From Octopus vulgaris (taxonomy: Eukaryota): 64,000 nt of DNA. Within the stretch, counting starts at the first letter, position 1. Each line of letters starts with the position of its first letter. Under the pieces are notes generated by a model. It saw nothing but the letters and a program-made list of their open reading frames with translations. It had not been told where the DNA came from and searched no databases. Where the stretch lies: the NCBI GenBank assembly GCA_951406725.2, contig OX597826.1, forward strand, positions 5,890,001 to 5,954,000. Direction: 5' to 3'. Below, piece by piece: positions 25,714 to 38,032 of the stretch. Position numbers and translations under genes: made by a program.

Positions 25714-25718
<5 letters not shown>
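25186..25718 (+). mobile_element. retrozyme-like structured tandem repeat (~1.6 units, period ~322 bp)
   Basis: 25186-25364 repeated at 25508-25718; many hairpins; hammerhead between the copies; ends in (TA)n. Confidence 0.7.
25449..25494 (+). ncRNA. type I hammerhead ribozyme motif
   Basis: stem I CCTGGA/TTCAGG, CTGACGA 25455-25461, GAAAC 25477-25481, palindromic stem III ACATATGT, GTC triplet 25486-25488; stem II poorly paired. Confidence 0.75.
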
Positions 25719-25787
<69 letters not shown>

Positions 25788-25799
25788 TCATTTTCTAGC

Positions 25800-25895
25800 A
25801 AATCTATTCAGGTTATAGGAGGTGACACTTCGCCGAAGCTTCCACGGGACTGAACCCAGAACGACGTGGTTGAGAATCAAACTTCTTGACACACA
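25800..25895 (-). mobile_element. SINE family B head fragment
   Basis: GGGACTGAACCCAGAACGACGTGGTTGAGAATCAAACTTCTTGACAC. Confidence 0.6.
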
Positions 25896-27240
25896 GATAC
25901 ATCTGCGTCTCTCTCTCTCTTTATATATATGTGTGTGTGTGTGAGTGTGTATGTGCATGTATCTGCGTAAATGTATATAGGTATATAAGTGGGTATGTGC
26001 ATACAGCCGTACATAAATACACGTACACGGAGAATAATAACTGTACATATTCCTGGGATGTTTATACCAATGTTGTAACAATATTTTTACTGATAAAAAC
26101 ATTCGGATTAGATTTGGGCGTGGTTGACAGAGGATAGTTGAATTGACTTATTCATATACTTGCAGTATTTAATATTCCTTTCTATGTTCCAATGGGATCC
26201 CTAGAGATGTGATTTGTAGTCAACTGAATCTTGGAAAAACCGACACCGATATTGCCTTAGCGATTTCTTAGATTTCGACAACCCAACATGGCTAATTCTA
26301 ATCTAATACTGTTTTTAATGTAATGTATAACAATAGTATTACTGGTGGCCTTCTTCTTCCTCTTCTTCATTTCTCCCTCCACCTTTTCTCTTATTATTTC
26401 ATTCTTCCTTTGTCTCTCTTTCTTCCAATTGTGCTTTTCTTGTTCTCTCAGTCCTCTTTCATTCTTTCTTTCTTCTTTTCTTTCTATTCTTTCCAGGAAT
26501 AAATCTTAGAATAGCATAGAAATAACCAAAAAGATTGATAAGTCCAACAACCAAAAATACCAGAGTGGTCATGTTTGTTGACCCTACACATGGAAACTGA
26601 ATAGCGTATATTTTTTAGAAAAACCTTAGATCTATTGACGTTTTAAAGTAATAGACACACAGGAACCTCCTTATTAGTAGAACCTATCCTTTTGAAAAAA
26701 CAACCCTGAACAGATAGCAACTGTATAGTGTGTAGAGTAAGGTCACAGATAAACTGTACATATACAAATGTAGATTATAGTAAAATGTATACTGAGAGAC
26801 GGTGCAGAATCGGGACAACGGCATACATTCCGTCAAGGGAATACTGGTTTTGTTATTAACAAATTAGAACATGAATATAGCACACAAAACGATAGCAAAG
26901 TGGTGAAAACAACTATTATAACTGAGACACATGTAGCATGTTTAAATGCACGACTGTACTATTCTGCAGCGAATATAGTAATAATAATCAAAATAGCATG
27001 GCAACCATGCAGTTAATCTCTGAGGTTGATGAAATAAAGTATCTCCATATCACTGTAGCTGATGGTAAATTTTATGCTCTGACCCTCAATTTTACTTAGT
27101 TCATATTTCCTTGAGTTTCGGGTACCCCTTCTTCCCTTTCACGAACATTAAAATGCAGTACCAGTCAAGTAAAAGTGTTGAACGTATCGACTAAATCCGG
27201 TACCACAGTATTGCTGGTCGTGTGCCAAAGCGAGAATACG

Positions 27241-27377
27241 AAGACGACGACCACCATCACCACCTTCACCCATACCATCGCCACCACCACCATCACCATA
27301 TCATCATCATCATCAACTTCAACATCAACATCATCATCATCATCATCAACATCAACAACATCGTCATCGTCATCATC

Positions 27378-27430
<53 letters not shown>

Positions 27431-27730
27431 TTTTATTACAAAAAGTGCCGATAAACGCGCCAACCAGGTGAAAGAAGACGCTAATAATTTTAACGTTCCC
27501 GGGTCAGTAATTTTTCCTTGTTGTTCCCATTGAGGATGAGGAAAGGATGATGATAATGATGATGATGATGATGATGATGAGGAGGAGGAGGGGTAGGGGG
27601 AAAGATGTAGTGGAGGAGGACAACGACGAAGACGAAAACTGCAATGAGGGCGATGATAGTGATGCTGATGCAATGGTAATGACGACGAAGTTGCAGATGG
27701 CGACGACGAAGACGTTGATGACGATAGTAA
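27241..27730. repeat. trinucleotide low-complexity block: (CAC)/(CAT)n then (GAT)/(GAG)/(GAC)n
   Basis: direct reading. Confidence 0.95.
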
Positions 27731-28290
27731 GGAACAGGGTGGGAGTGATTCCGCTTAGTGTCGTTGGTGCCAACGTGACATACTGGAAAACACTCAGCGT
27801 TGAAGCATTATTTCAATACTATTAAAGTATACAGAATAAATTATGAATTTCGGTGGTGGGGACGAGACAAAGAAAGAAGATATACTAGAAGCACTTCATA
27901 TTTAAATGAAAACAAGAATACAAACACCCAAAACAAATATACTAAATTTAAAATATTATTTTGTGATAAAGGGGGGAAAAAAAAAAGCGAAATTTAAATC
28001 AAGCCAGTAATATCAAAATTAAAATCACTGATGCTGGTAATGGAATCATAGGGTGGACAGAGAGATGGGGTGGTCGGAGGTTTGTAGTTTATTTGGCAAT
28101 ATAGTGTTGGCGTTGACTGAAACATTGAATGGGCTGAAGCGAGAATAGGTGGGTTGAGTGGTTTCAAGTGGTACAAGGGAGGCGGTGTTTGGGAGGGGGA
28201 GGGGAGTTAGAATAAGGACGCGTAAGTGTTTGTTTTAGCGAAGAATTTTCTTTATAAAAAATACGTTATTTTAATATGCGTGTGTGTATG

Positions 28291-28336
<46 letters not shown>

Positions 28337-28371
28337 CTTGTATGTATCTGTATATTCATATATTTACATTT

Positions 28372-28430
<59 letters not shown>

Positions 28431-28519
28431 CATTTATATATATATACATATATATACATACATATGTATATATCTTTATTTACATATGCATATATATTTA
28501 TATGTATATAATAAAACGA

Positions 28520-28553
<34 letters not shown>

Positions 28554-28734
28554 ATATGTATTTACATACTATATACATATATATACATACTATATATATA
28601 TGCATATAAATACATACATACGTACATATATATATATATATATATATATACTATTCTTTTAAATGTACGAGTGTGTATTCATAGCGCAATGATAGACGGT
28701 TATATTTTGGACGTATGTTAGCAGAGAAAAAGTG

Positions 28735-28737
<3 letters not shown>

Positions 28738-28793
<56 letters not shown>
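28738..28793. repeat. (GA)n microsatellite
   Basis: direct reading. Confidence 0.98.
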
Positions 28794-28795
<2 letters not shown>

Positions 28796-29481
28796 TTCAC
28801 GTTAAGTGAGTTTCATTTTAACAATTTTAATTCAGATATTCAGGGCTTGATAAAACGTGTCATTGACTCTTTCTACTCCTCTCACACTCACTCCTTCAGT
28901 AAAAAGAAACGAAGAAAAAAAAGAATGAAACGAAACAAAAAATACTGAGAACTTTAAAAAGGCAGCGAGAGAGGTGACGAAAAGAAAGTCTATATCTTTT
29001 TTTCTTTTTTTTTTATTCTGCCTGCTTTTTAACGGAAACTTAAGAAATGTAGATTTCGAAGATTGGTGATAAGAAGGCTGTGTCCATAGGGTTGGTTGGA
29101 TATTCTTTATGGAATGTTGTTTACAATGAAGTGATAATGTTTTTCTTAAAAATTTTCTAATTTTATTTTTGTTTACTATCAGAAAACAATCAAACATTTC
29201 TGGGAGTTATGTGTGTATTTGCGTGCAATTATATTTTCCGATGCCTATTTTTTTTCTCTTCATGTCTCCATTCAATTTTGCAAATATATTTTGCTCGTTG
29301 TTTTCGTGTCTTTTTCTGTAACTGGCGAGACCTAAACAGGTTCCAGTTTTTCATGTAAACCTGGAATTCATTTTCTTTATTACTGCATGAGCATATACAA
29401 ATAGGTATGTATATATATGTATATACATGTGCATAAATTTAAACATATAAATATAAATATATATATACGTATATGTTTGGA

Positions 29482-29530
<49 letters not shown>

Positions 29531-30563
29531 CATATATGTGTGTGAGAATGTATAAATGTATATGTATGCTTATATGCATGGTTATATATATATATTATTG
29601 TTATTATTATTATTATTATTATTACTATATTCGAATATATATGAATATGTGTGCATGTTTACATTGAATGTGAACGCGCGGGCATGTTTGAGTGCGTTAG
29701 TGTGTGTGAAAGAGAGAGAGAGAGTATCTGTGCATGTGTGTGTATGCGCGCGCGCGTGCGTGTGTGTGTGAATATGCGCGAATGAAAGGAACATTTTTGC
29801 TTTCGAAAATGTTGAAAGAAATGTGCTCAAGTAGAATACCGTTTATAAAGCATTTTCCGATGACGTACATATGCGTACTTAATACGCTCTGGCCGATTCG
29901 GACGTGAAGTTGAGAATCGCTAATCACAGTTGTATTCGTTCCTGCAGAGCATTTGTTTCAAATGAACGTCTCTTCATAACACTCTCAATTCACTAGTGTA
30001 AGGAGATTTGGAAACACCCGGTGTTTCTATTCTTTTCTATCTCCAAAAGCAATGCCACTGCAGTCTAATGAACCTAACAAGAGATTTTGGCTCTTGTCTT
30101 CTTGATGTGTGACGCTAACATTATCCTAAATGCAAGTGCAGCGAAGTATAACAAGGGTAGAAATTTTCATTCTTAATATGCTTCGGCCGATTCGAACATT
30201 TCTATGCTAATCGCTGGTATATTTAATCATTGGAGAAGAAACCACCCTTTCAGACGAATTTATGTTCATAAAACAATTTTTCGTATTTCCATATTAACTC
30301 CCATAATATTCTGTGTGATTAACATTTTAAAGCCTTCTCGACTTTAGCTTCTGAATGATGTAATGCAAACGGTGCATTATTGAGGCAGTTTCTTAAAAAA
30401 CAGAAACGTATCTGTGTTTGATGAACTAATAAAATCTGTATTTTCAAGTTGTCTCCCTCTATATATACATCCTCACACACATACATATATACGCACTCAT
30501 ACACACATACGAATACACACACAAATACAAATACACACAGAGATATGCACACAAACGCACACA

Positions 30564-30628
<65 letters not shown>

Positions 30629-30859
30629 TCAACAATATATCAGCAGTTTATATTTACTGCTGATAAGTTGGCGCGATGACGGTAGATTTTGAAAATTTAG
30701 AGTATATATTCCCAAGGCATCGATGCTGTTGCCTCGTGGAATATATATTCCCCTGGCTTCTTTGCCGATTAGACGGGCCAGTGGTAAATTGACTTGATTA
30801 AATTTAATTTAATTTAATTAAGCTGGTTTGTCAAAAGTACGTCGAAACTATGCATAGTC

Positions 30860-31043
30860 CAAAGATGATAAGGGTAAATGTTTTTAATCTTCCTTTGATT
30901 TCTGAATTACTACTATTTAGCGGTTTGAGTTTGGCTGCTCGTTTTAGTGAGTTGAATGGCCTATTAAGGCCATTCCTTAATATTATTGTTGACCGCTGGT
31001 GGCGAAAAAATTTCTATTGAATTTTTTGCTACCCTGATATTGA

Positions 31044-31047
<4 letters not shown>
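30860..31047. repeat. unclassified interspersed repeat abutting (TA)n
   Basis: hairpin GAATGGCC-TATTAA-GGCCATTC plus flanks recur in inverted orientation at ~22990-23023. Confidence 0.6.
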
Positions 31048-31095
<48 letters not shown>

Positions 31096-31166
31096 GCTAA
31101 ACATAGAGGGGCTAAACATAGAGGGGACAAACAAGGACAAACAAACGGATTAAGTCGAGCGTAATA

Positions 31167-32336
31167 AGACAAGGTAGAAAATATTAAAATAATTTCATCA
31201 TGAAATGCATTTTGCAACGGTTAGTTACGACTTTTTCGACTAAGTGTAAAAGAAAGCTGGATATTAATTAAGAAGAACAACTTAAATGAAATGTCTTGTA
31301 AATATTTCCATAGTCTTCAAATAGGTAGGACATTTTCCTTTCTTTCTGTCTGTCTGACTGTCTGTCTCTGTCTGTCTCTGTCTGTCTCTGTCTGTCTGTC
31401 TGACTGTCTGTCTCTCTCTGTCTCTCTCTCTCTCCCTCTCTCTCTGTCCCTTTGTGAATGCTCGGTAGTTGTAGATTTGAAGAAAAAAAAAGTATTTATG
31501 GGTGTGCAGAGAAATATTTGGTTCTGAAGTTTGATGGGTTAAGCAGCAGCTGCTGATGAAGGAGAAGGCGAAGAAGGAGGAGGAAAGGAAGAAGAAGAAG
31601 AAGAAGGTGAAGAAGAAGAAGAAGAAGAAAAAGAAGAAGAAAAAGAAGAAGAAGAAGAAGAAGAAGAAGAAGAAGAAGAAGAAGAAGAAGAAGAAGAAGA
31701 AGAGTGGTATGATCCAGTAGAATCTACTTTAATGGTAACGTGACTTAAAGTGACCTGTTCTAGAAGAAATAGCAGAAACTGTTCTAAATAAATCCATGGG
31801 TAGTAACCGTTCTTAATATATCTATCGTTTTTAATATTTGCGTGGGTATTGTTCTCAGATCATCTGTGGTGGAAGCATTCAAAAGGGGTTTACATTTTGC
31901 GATAACATATGATCCTTTTTTAATGCGTTGATTATAGGTTTCATTGTCCCCAAAGTTATAGAGGAGTAACATTCTAGAGATGGGTCGTTCATTAGTGGCG
32001 CAACTGTCAATGTGTTCACTTAATGCTATTTCTATGTCTCCTTTATTCTGGGAATTATGTATGGTCATCCTCTGGCGTAAACTGTTTTTGTTTGACCATT
32101 GCATTGTTCTCGATAATCTTAGACAAACAAAAAAAAAACGAAAATGCTCTACCTATTTGAAAACTGTCGAAACATCTACAAAACATTTATTTTAATTTTT
32201 TCTTCAATTGAATTGATTTTATGCTTAATTAATACCCATCTTAGTTTTAAGAAAAAGTGGAAAAGGTTGAAACATGCACTAAACGTTACAAAATGTATTT
32301 CATGATAAAATTATTTTAGCATTTTCTAACTTGTCT
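31167..32336. mobile_element. ~1.17 kb segment bounded by ~110 bp diverged inverted repeats
   Basis: 31167-31272 (AGACAAGGTAGAAAAT..ATTAATTAAG) versus 32224-32336 (CTTAATTAAT..ATTTTCTAACTTGTCT). Confidence 0.7.
31561..31703. repeat. (GAA)n microsatellite
   Basis: direct reading. Confidence 0.97.
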
Positions 32337-32355
32337 CTCTCTCCCTCTCTTTCTC

Positions 32356-32425
<70 letters not shown>

Positions 32426-32995
32426 GAGGGCAAGCAACAGGTTGCTTAGCCACATACCGAAAAATCAGAAATAGTAGTCAAAGACTGTTTATTTCTATTT
32501 TCTACAAATTTGACTCCACATACAACATATTCATGTAATTCACATATGTAAACAGAAGGAAAAAATTACGAAAGCAAAGTCTAGGTTTAGTTACGGACGT
32601 TTCTGGATTATAATTATAAATCAATTCATTTCCATTCCTACCGATAATGGTTATATTTACATACCGAAATCTACCGGAAAATATATATATTTTTTTTTAA
32701 AATTAATAATTATTTACCCGTATATTATTAATATATATATATATATATAATGTGGAACTATTAATCTCAACACATTGTTTTCTCTCATTAATCTCTATCT
32801 CTCCCACTTTCTCTCTCCCTCCCTCCCTCCCTCCCTCTACCTCTTTCTCCCTTTGTTTCCACTCATCTGTTCCTGCCGAACAGCGTAGGCTTGAAACCTC
32901 AAAGACTGACCCATTTTCTCGAGCGTCAAACCAGTACACTTGGTTGATGTTCCCCTCACCTGTCTCCATTTTACATGTTTCTTTGTACATTTGAA

Positions 32996-33071
<76 letters not shown>

Positions 33072-33559
33072 TCGTTCTTGTTACCTAAAATTATTTTTGG
33101 TGCATCACATCTCTTCGATCTTCGTTCTCGTATCTTTCTAAAAGTATTCTTTTTATTGTGGCATATCTTAGTTTTGAAGTTTCTTCTTTTGAAAATATTC
33201 CTGCTCAGTTTAGTTAATATACACTTTCATGTACCCACAACGTAATGGGTTATGCTTTGAGCTACAATTGTATAGGTGTTCGATTAAATATTATAGCCTT
33301 GAGTTAAAACGGTAACTTTTAAGACCGTTTGTGAGAGAAGATCACTCAAATGTTCACCATTTAAAGACAAATAAACATTGCAGATCTATTACGACAATAT
33401 CTACGTAGGAAGCATCTACAATCGCGTCTCACATAGAACGCTTTGGATTATTATCTCCTTCTACGGTGCTACACAGAAAGCGTCGGACATAAACACACAC
33501 ATATACAAGCACATATATGTAAAATGCAGTACGTGTGTATGTGTGTGTATATATATATA

Positions 33560-33790
33560 TTTCTTTTCTGCCCACAAGGGGCTAAACACAGAGAGGATAA
33601 ACAAAGACAGACAAACGGATTAAGTCGATTACATCGACCCCCAGGGCAAAACTGGTACTTAATTTATCTACCCCGAAAGGATGAAAGGCAAAGTCGACCT
33701 CGGCGTAATTTGAGCTCAGAATGTAACGGCAGACGAAATACGGCTATGCATTTCGCCCGCCGTGCTAACGTTTCTGCCAACTCGCTGCCT
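33560..33790 (-). mobile_element. SINE family A, near full length
   Basis: reverse complement of 49515-49730, including head GGCAGCGAGTTGGCAGAAACGTTAGCACG. Confidence 0.9.
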
Positions 33791-33859
33791 TGTGTGTATA
33801 TATAAATGTGTGTGTATGTCTGCGAGCGTATATAATATATATATATTATATTATTTTAT

Positions 33860-34290
33860 CCTTTTATTCTTTTACTTGTCACAGTAATTGTGACTGAGGC
33901 CATGCTGGAGCATTGCCCTTTAGTCGAAAGATATAGATTCCTGGACTTATTCTTTGTAAGCTTGATACTTATTCTATCGGACTTTTTTGCCGAACGGCCA
34001 TGTTACGGAGACATAGACACACCAATATTGGTTATGAAACGATAGCTGAGGGACAAAGATAGACACGAACACACAAATATGTACACACGCACTCACACAT
34101 ACACACATGTATATATCTATCTATATATATATATACTACACGCTTCGTTCAGTGTACATCTATCAAATCCACTCACAAGGCTTTGGTCGGTCCGAGGCTA
34201 TAGTAGAAGACACTTGCCTGAGGTGACACGCAGTGGAACTGAACCCGATATCATGTGGTTGGAAATCAAGCTTATTACTACACACCCACA
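33860..34290 (-). mobile_element. SINE family B, near full length
   Basis: collinear with 52398-52768. Confidence 0.9.
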
Positions 34291-35459
34291 TATAATATAT
34301 ATATATATATGTATATGATATTTATATTATATACCTGTATATATTATATATAACAAATAATATGTTACACTCACTAAAGCACACAATCACTTGCGCGCAC
34401 ACAGAGTGTCAAACACATACACAGCGTACATCAACAGATGCAATTCATGGACGTCACATCAGATCACTTGGTGTTTTTATTCTTACAACGTAGATTCTTA
34501 TGAGGGTGACCCGAGCCGGGTTGATCAAACTTAGGTCTTTTCTTAAAAGGAGTTGTCCTGCGCCCACCGATCAATACTCGGAAAAAAACAAGAGAAGTTT
34601 TCGTTCATTTGCGGGAAGCTGGTAAAAGATTGTCAAAAAATTACTACTTAGTCGTTTAAACTATCAGCAATTTTTAATAATCTTAAATAAATGTTGTTCG
34701 GTCTCAGATTGGCTACTTTTTATGTATCCTTCTATTTCTTGGAACGGCTCTATGTATTGCTAGAAAAACAATAGCGCTGGAGGGCATTCATGTTTTCAAG
34801 TTGTAGTTGAGAAAAAGGTTTGCTGTGAAAAAAACCCACTTAAAGCCATCTGAATACAGGAAAAGGGTTACCTGTTTCATGAAGATTAGATCCCCATCCG
34901 GAAATGCCGACATCATGAACAACGCTCAATGCGTTTTGAATACTGTAAAGGCTATAAGACGTAACATGCAGAGCAGCAACTGAGACTACGAAGTCGTAGC
35001 TAATAGGACGTGAAATAGTGGGTGTTCTACCTACGTCCTCACGTCGAATTACATCTAACACCTATAGGGCCTGGTGATGAAAGATCCAAACAAATTAATC
35101 CAGGCCTTGGCAATGGGTATGGATGTTGTAGTCACCACTATGAGACTGTCCATGAATGGCGACCTCCCCTGCTAAAGATGAGGATAACTGCTTTAAGATT
35201 AGAAAAAAAAGCTCGTGAAAAAGCTGAAGCAACCTTTTCAACCGGGGCTGATCTAGTTCTATTCAGTTGCGTAAGGCACACAAGAACAGATTGCCGAAAG
35301 TTAATGTTATGTCCCATGTAACATGAAAACCAAGTTTCCCGAAACTTGCGTGTGACTCCAGTGATATTGATGACATGCCATCCCACATCATTGAACAGTG
35401 TTTAGGAAAGATGCTAGAGAACAATACTGTCTAAGGATAGTTGCTGCTAGAAGGCCAAA

Positions 35460-37430
35460 TGTGTGGGAGCGGCATTCGATTCCTTGCCATACTTTGAAAA
35501 TGTATGAAATAGTCTCGAGTAGAGTAGAAAGAATGGAACAAAGATGCAGTGTGTTTATCAGAAAATGGCTTGGTCTGCCGAAACCACTGAATACAACTGC
35601 ACTATATGGAAAATCCGTGCTGCAACTACCAATAACATCAATCGTGGAAGAATATAAGGCAGGAAAGGCAAGGACAGTAATGATGCTAAGGTATTCAAAA
35701 GATCAGAGCATCCGGGAAAACCCTCCAAAGGTACGAACAAGGAGGAAATGGAAGGCGGAAGAGGCAGTAAACAAGGCGATCGGAAAACTAAGGCACGCAG
35801 ATATAGTCGGAGCGACGCAAGAAGCTAGAACCGGCCTAGAATCGCAAATTTCAGGCCATTTTGCAAGAGCAGTGTAAAATAGATGAAAGAGGCAGTGGTA
35901 TACGAAGTGAGAAAGGAGGAAGAAAAAAGGCAAAATGTACATTTGGTGCAATGCAGTCAACAGGAACAGTGCCTGAGATGGGAGGAATATGTGATCAACC
36001 GTAGAGTATCATGGAAAGAATTTGGGCTTGGGAACAAGCAAGAACATCCTTCCTGATCAAGTCTACCTTCGACGTTCTACCCTCACGGGCGAACTTAGTC
36101 CGGTGGAACATAAAAACAACCGATGACTGTAGATGCGGAGAGAAAGCGACAGTTAGACATGTTCTGTCAAGTTGCAGACTAGCACTAGAAAGATATACAT
36201 GGCGGCACAATCAAGTCCTCGGCGTCATAAGCGCAGCACTCAAGGAGAAGATCGAGAGGTACAATAGGGTAGAGTACCCAAAAGTAGAAAAGCGCAGGAA
36301 AGTATACTTCCACAAGGAGGGGAAAATATATAAAACCAGGCCTACAAGTAAAGTATACGAGATAGACGAAAGATGGAAGGGTTACTGGGAGGTGGCCACG
36401 GACTTGGAAAGACAAGTAATATTTCCACTAATAAAAACAACAAAAAGACCGGATTTAGTCCTATGGAACAGAGACCGGAGAGTATGAATTTTACTAGAAC
36501 TGACAGTACCTTGGGAAGAGAGCATCGGTAATGCAGAGGAATGAAAGGAGAAGAGGTACGAAAAGCTAATCGAAGAATGCAGAGAACAGGGATGGAATGT
36601 CGAATATTATCACCTGGCAGTTGGGGCTAGAGGCTTCATTGAAAGGAAAATGACAACGCTTTTCAAAAGAAGATTTGTTTTTTCTAGCTCCGAGCTGCGA
36701 AAACTAATAAGGAGAGTACAGGACGCGGTCGAAAAAGTCAGCTTCTATATATAGCTGAAGTGGGAAGACCGAAAATGGCTTGAAAGTCATAACATGCCGG
36801 CGGGAAATAACATCACTAGGTGAGACAAGCTGACACTAAATCAGCTTCGCTGACTGACAGGTGCCAGTCGTTTAGACAATGCGCGGGCTAAAACTATGTG
36901 CCTTCATTAGTCAGTTAAGGTGAAACAGTGTCACGTGACAACTTGCTGGGGCTGCCTGCTGGAGTCTGAGGGCAGGTATTTTAAGGGAAAAATTTGACAA
37001 GACAGTCAGTCGCCGGCTGACACTCGCTGGCGATACATTGAAGAGGCCAGGGAACAGAAGAAAGAAGACATGCACACAACACCAGAGCTGAAGACACCTC
37101 CGAAATAGGGGGGGGGCGCCACGTCAAATCGGTGGAGGAGTAGGGGCCGAAACCGGATGTAGTTCCTCCAGATGATATACTGAGCTAACTGGATCCTATA
37201 AACGAGATGTGGTGGTAGCAGACTACGAAACACGGTTGTAATCTCATTACTCACTACGTGTTGGGTCCTGTTGAGGAAGATATGAACTGCTCTGACTGCA
37301 ACACCAGGTCCGTACTGTTTGTCAAGCTCAAAGATCTTCCTTGGATCGCATGTGCCAGATGCAGAGCTGCGTTAGAGCCGTGGTGGAAGCTAAGAGCGGT
37401 TACTTTGCTCTAACTGTTATCTCCCAGCCA
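35460..37430 (+). mobile_element. 5'-truncated HERO-like non-LTR retrotransposon (RLE type) with long 3' UTR
   Basis: protein motifs as in the next feature; GC-rich non-microsatellite tail 36824-37430; both ends approximate. Confidence 0.8.
35490..36823 (+). pseudogene. RT thumb, CCHC zinc knuckle and PD-(D/E)xK restriction-like endonuclease, disrupted
   Basis: MYEI..RKWLGLP..ALYG..LQLP..RTRRKWKAEEAV; FDVLPSRANL..CRCGEKATVRHVLSSC..WRHNQVL; RPDLVLW..LLELTVPWE..KRY..VGARGF; frameshifts near 35840-36010 and in-frame stops at 36485, 36542 and 36752. Confidence 0.92.
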
Positions 37431-37912
37431 TAATCTATTTGCTTTTTTTTTTATTTAAAAAAAACAACTTTTTGTTTTGGATGGTATTATTGTGTTTTCT
37501 GTTACTTTTATGCAAACTGTCCAATTTAGAGTCAACAAACAGTATATACACGTAGAATAACAGCCGAAGTTTTGCTAAAGTTTCCGTCATTAAAATACAG
37601 ATACAACAATACTACGTTAATATAAAAAGTAAATAACTAAATTAAGTGTTGTTTACAAACTGTATATTGTTGAATTCTATTTGTATCCACTTGAAATAGT
37701 GACAAATATATTGAAAACAAAAGAAAGCTGTGACTTAAATTAATTTGTATAACACTTTACGTTATTCGATATTTCCATCATTCCATTATTCCATGTATAT
37801 TTTTATAAATTTCTAAATACATATTTACTTGACATAGTATAGTTAACTGAACTTTCGATGTTTCAAGTTACAGAAGTTATTTGAGTGCGTTTTTTTACCG
37901 ACAAATATGTAA

Positions 37913-37978
<66 letters not shown>

Positions 37979-38032
37979 TATACATATATATGTGTGTGTG
38001 TGTATGTATGTATATATATATATATATATATA

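Noticed and set aside
27175-27825. ORFs with poly-Ser/His/Asp resembling a low-complexity protein exon
   Set aside because: no frame stays open from a credible ATG or splice site; explained by triplet repeats
35790-35800. TAAGGCACGC matching the start of miR-124
   Set aside because: lies within retrotransposon coding sequence, with no further match
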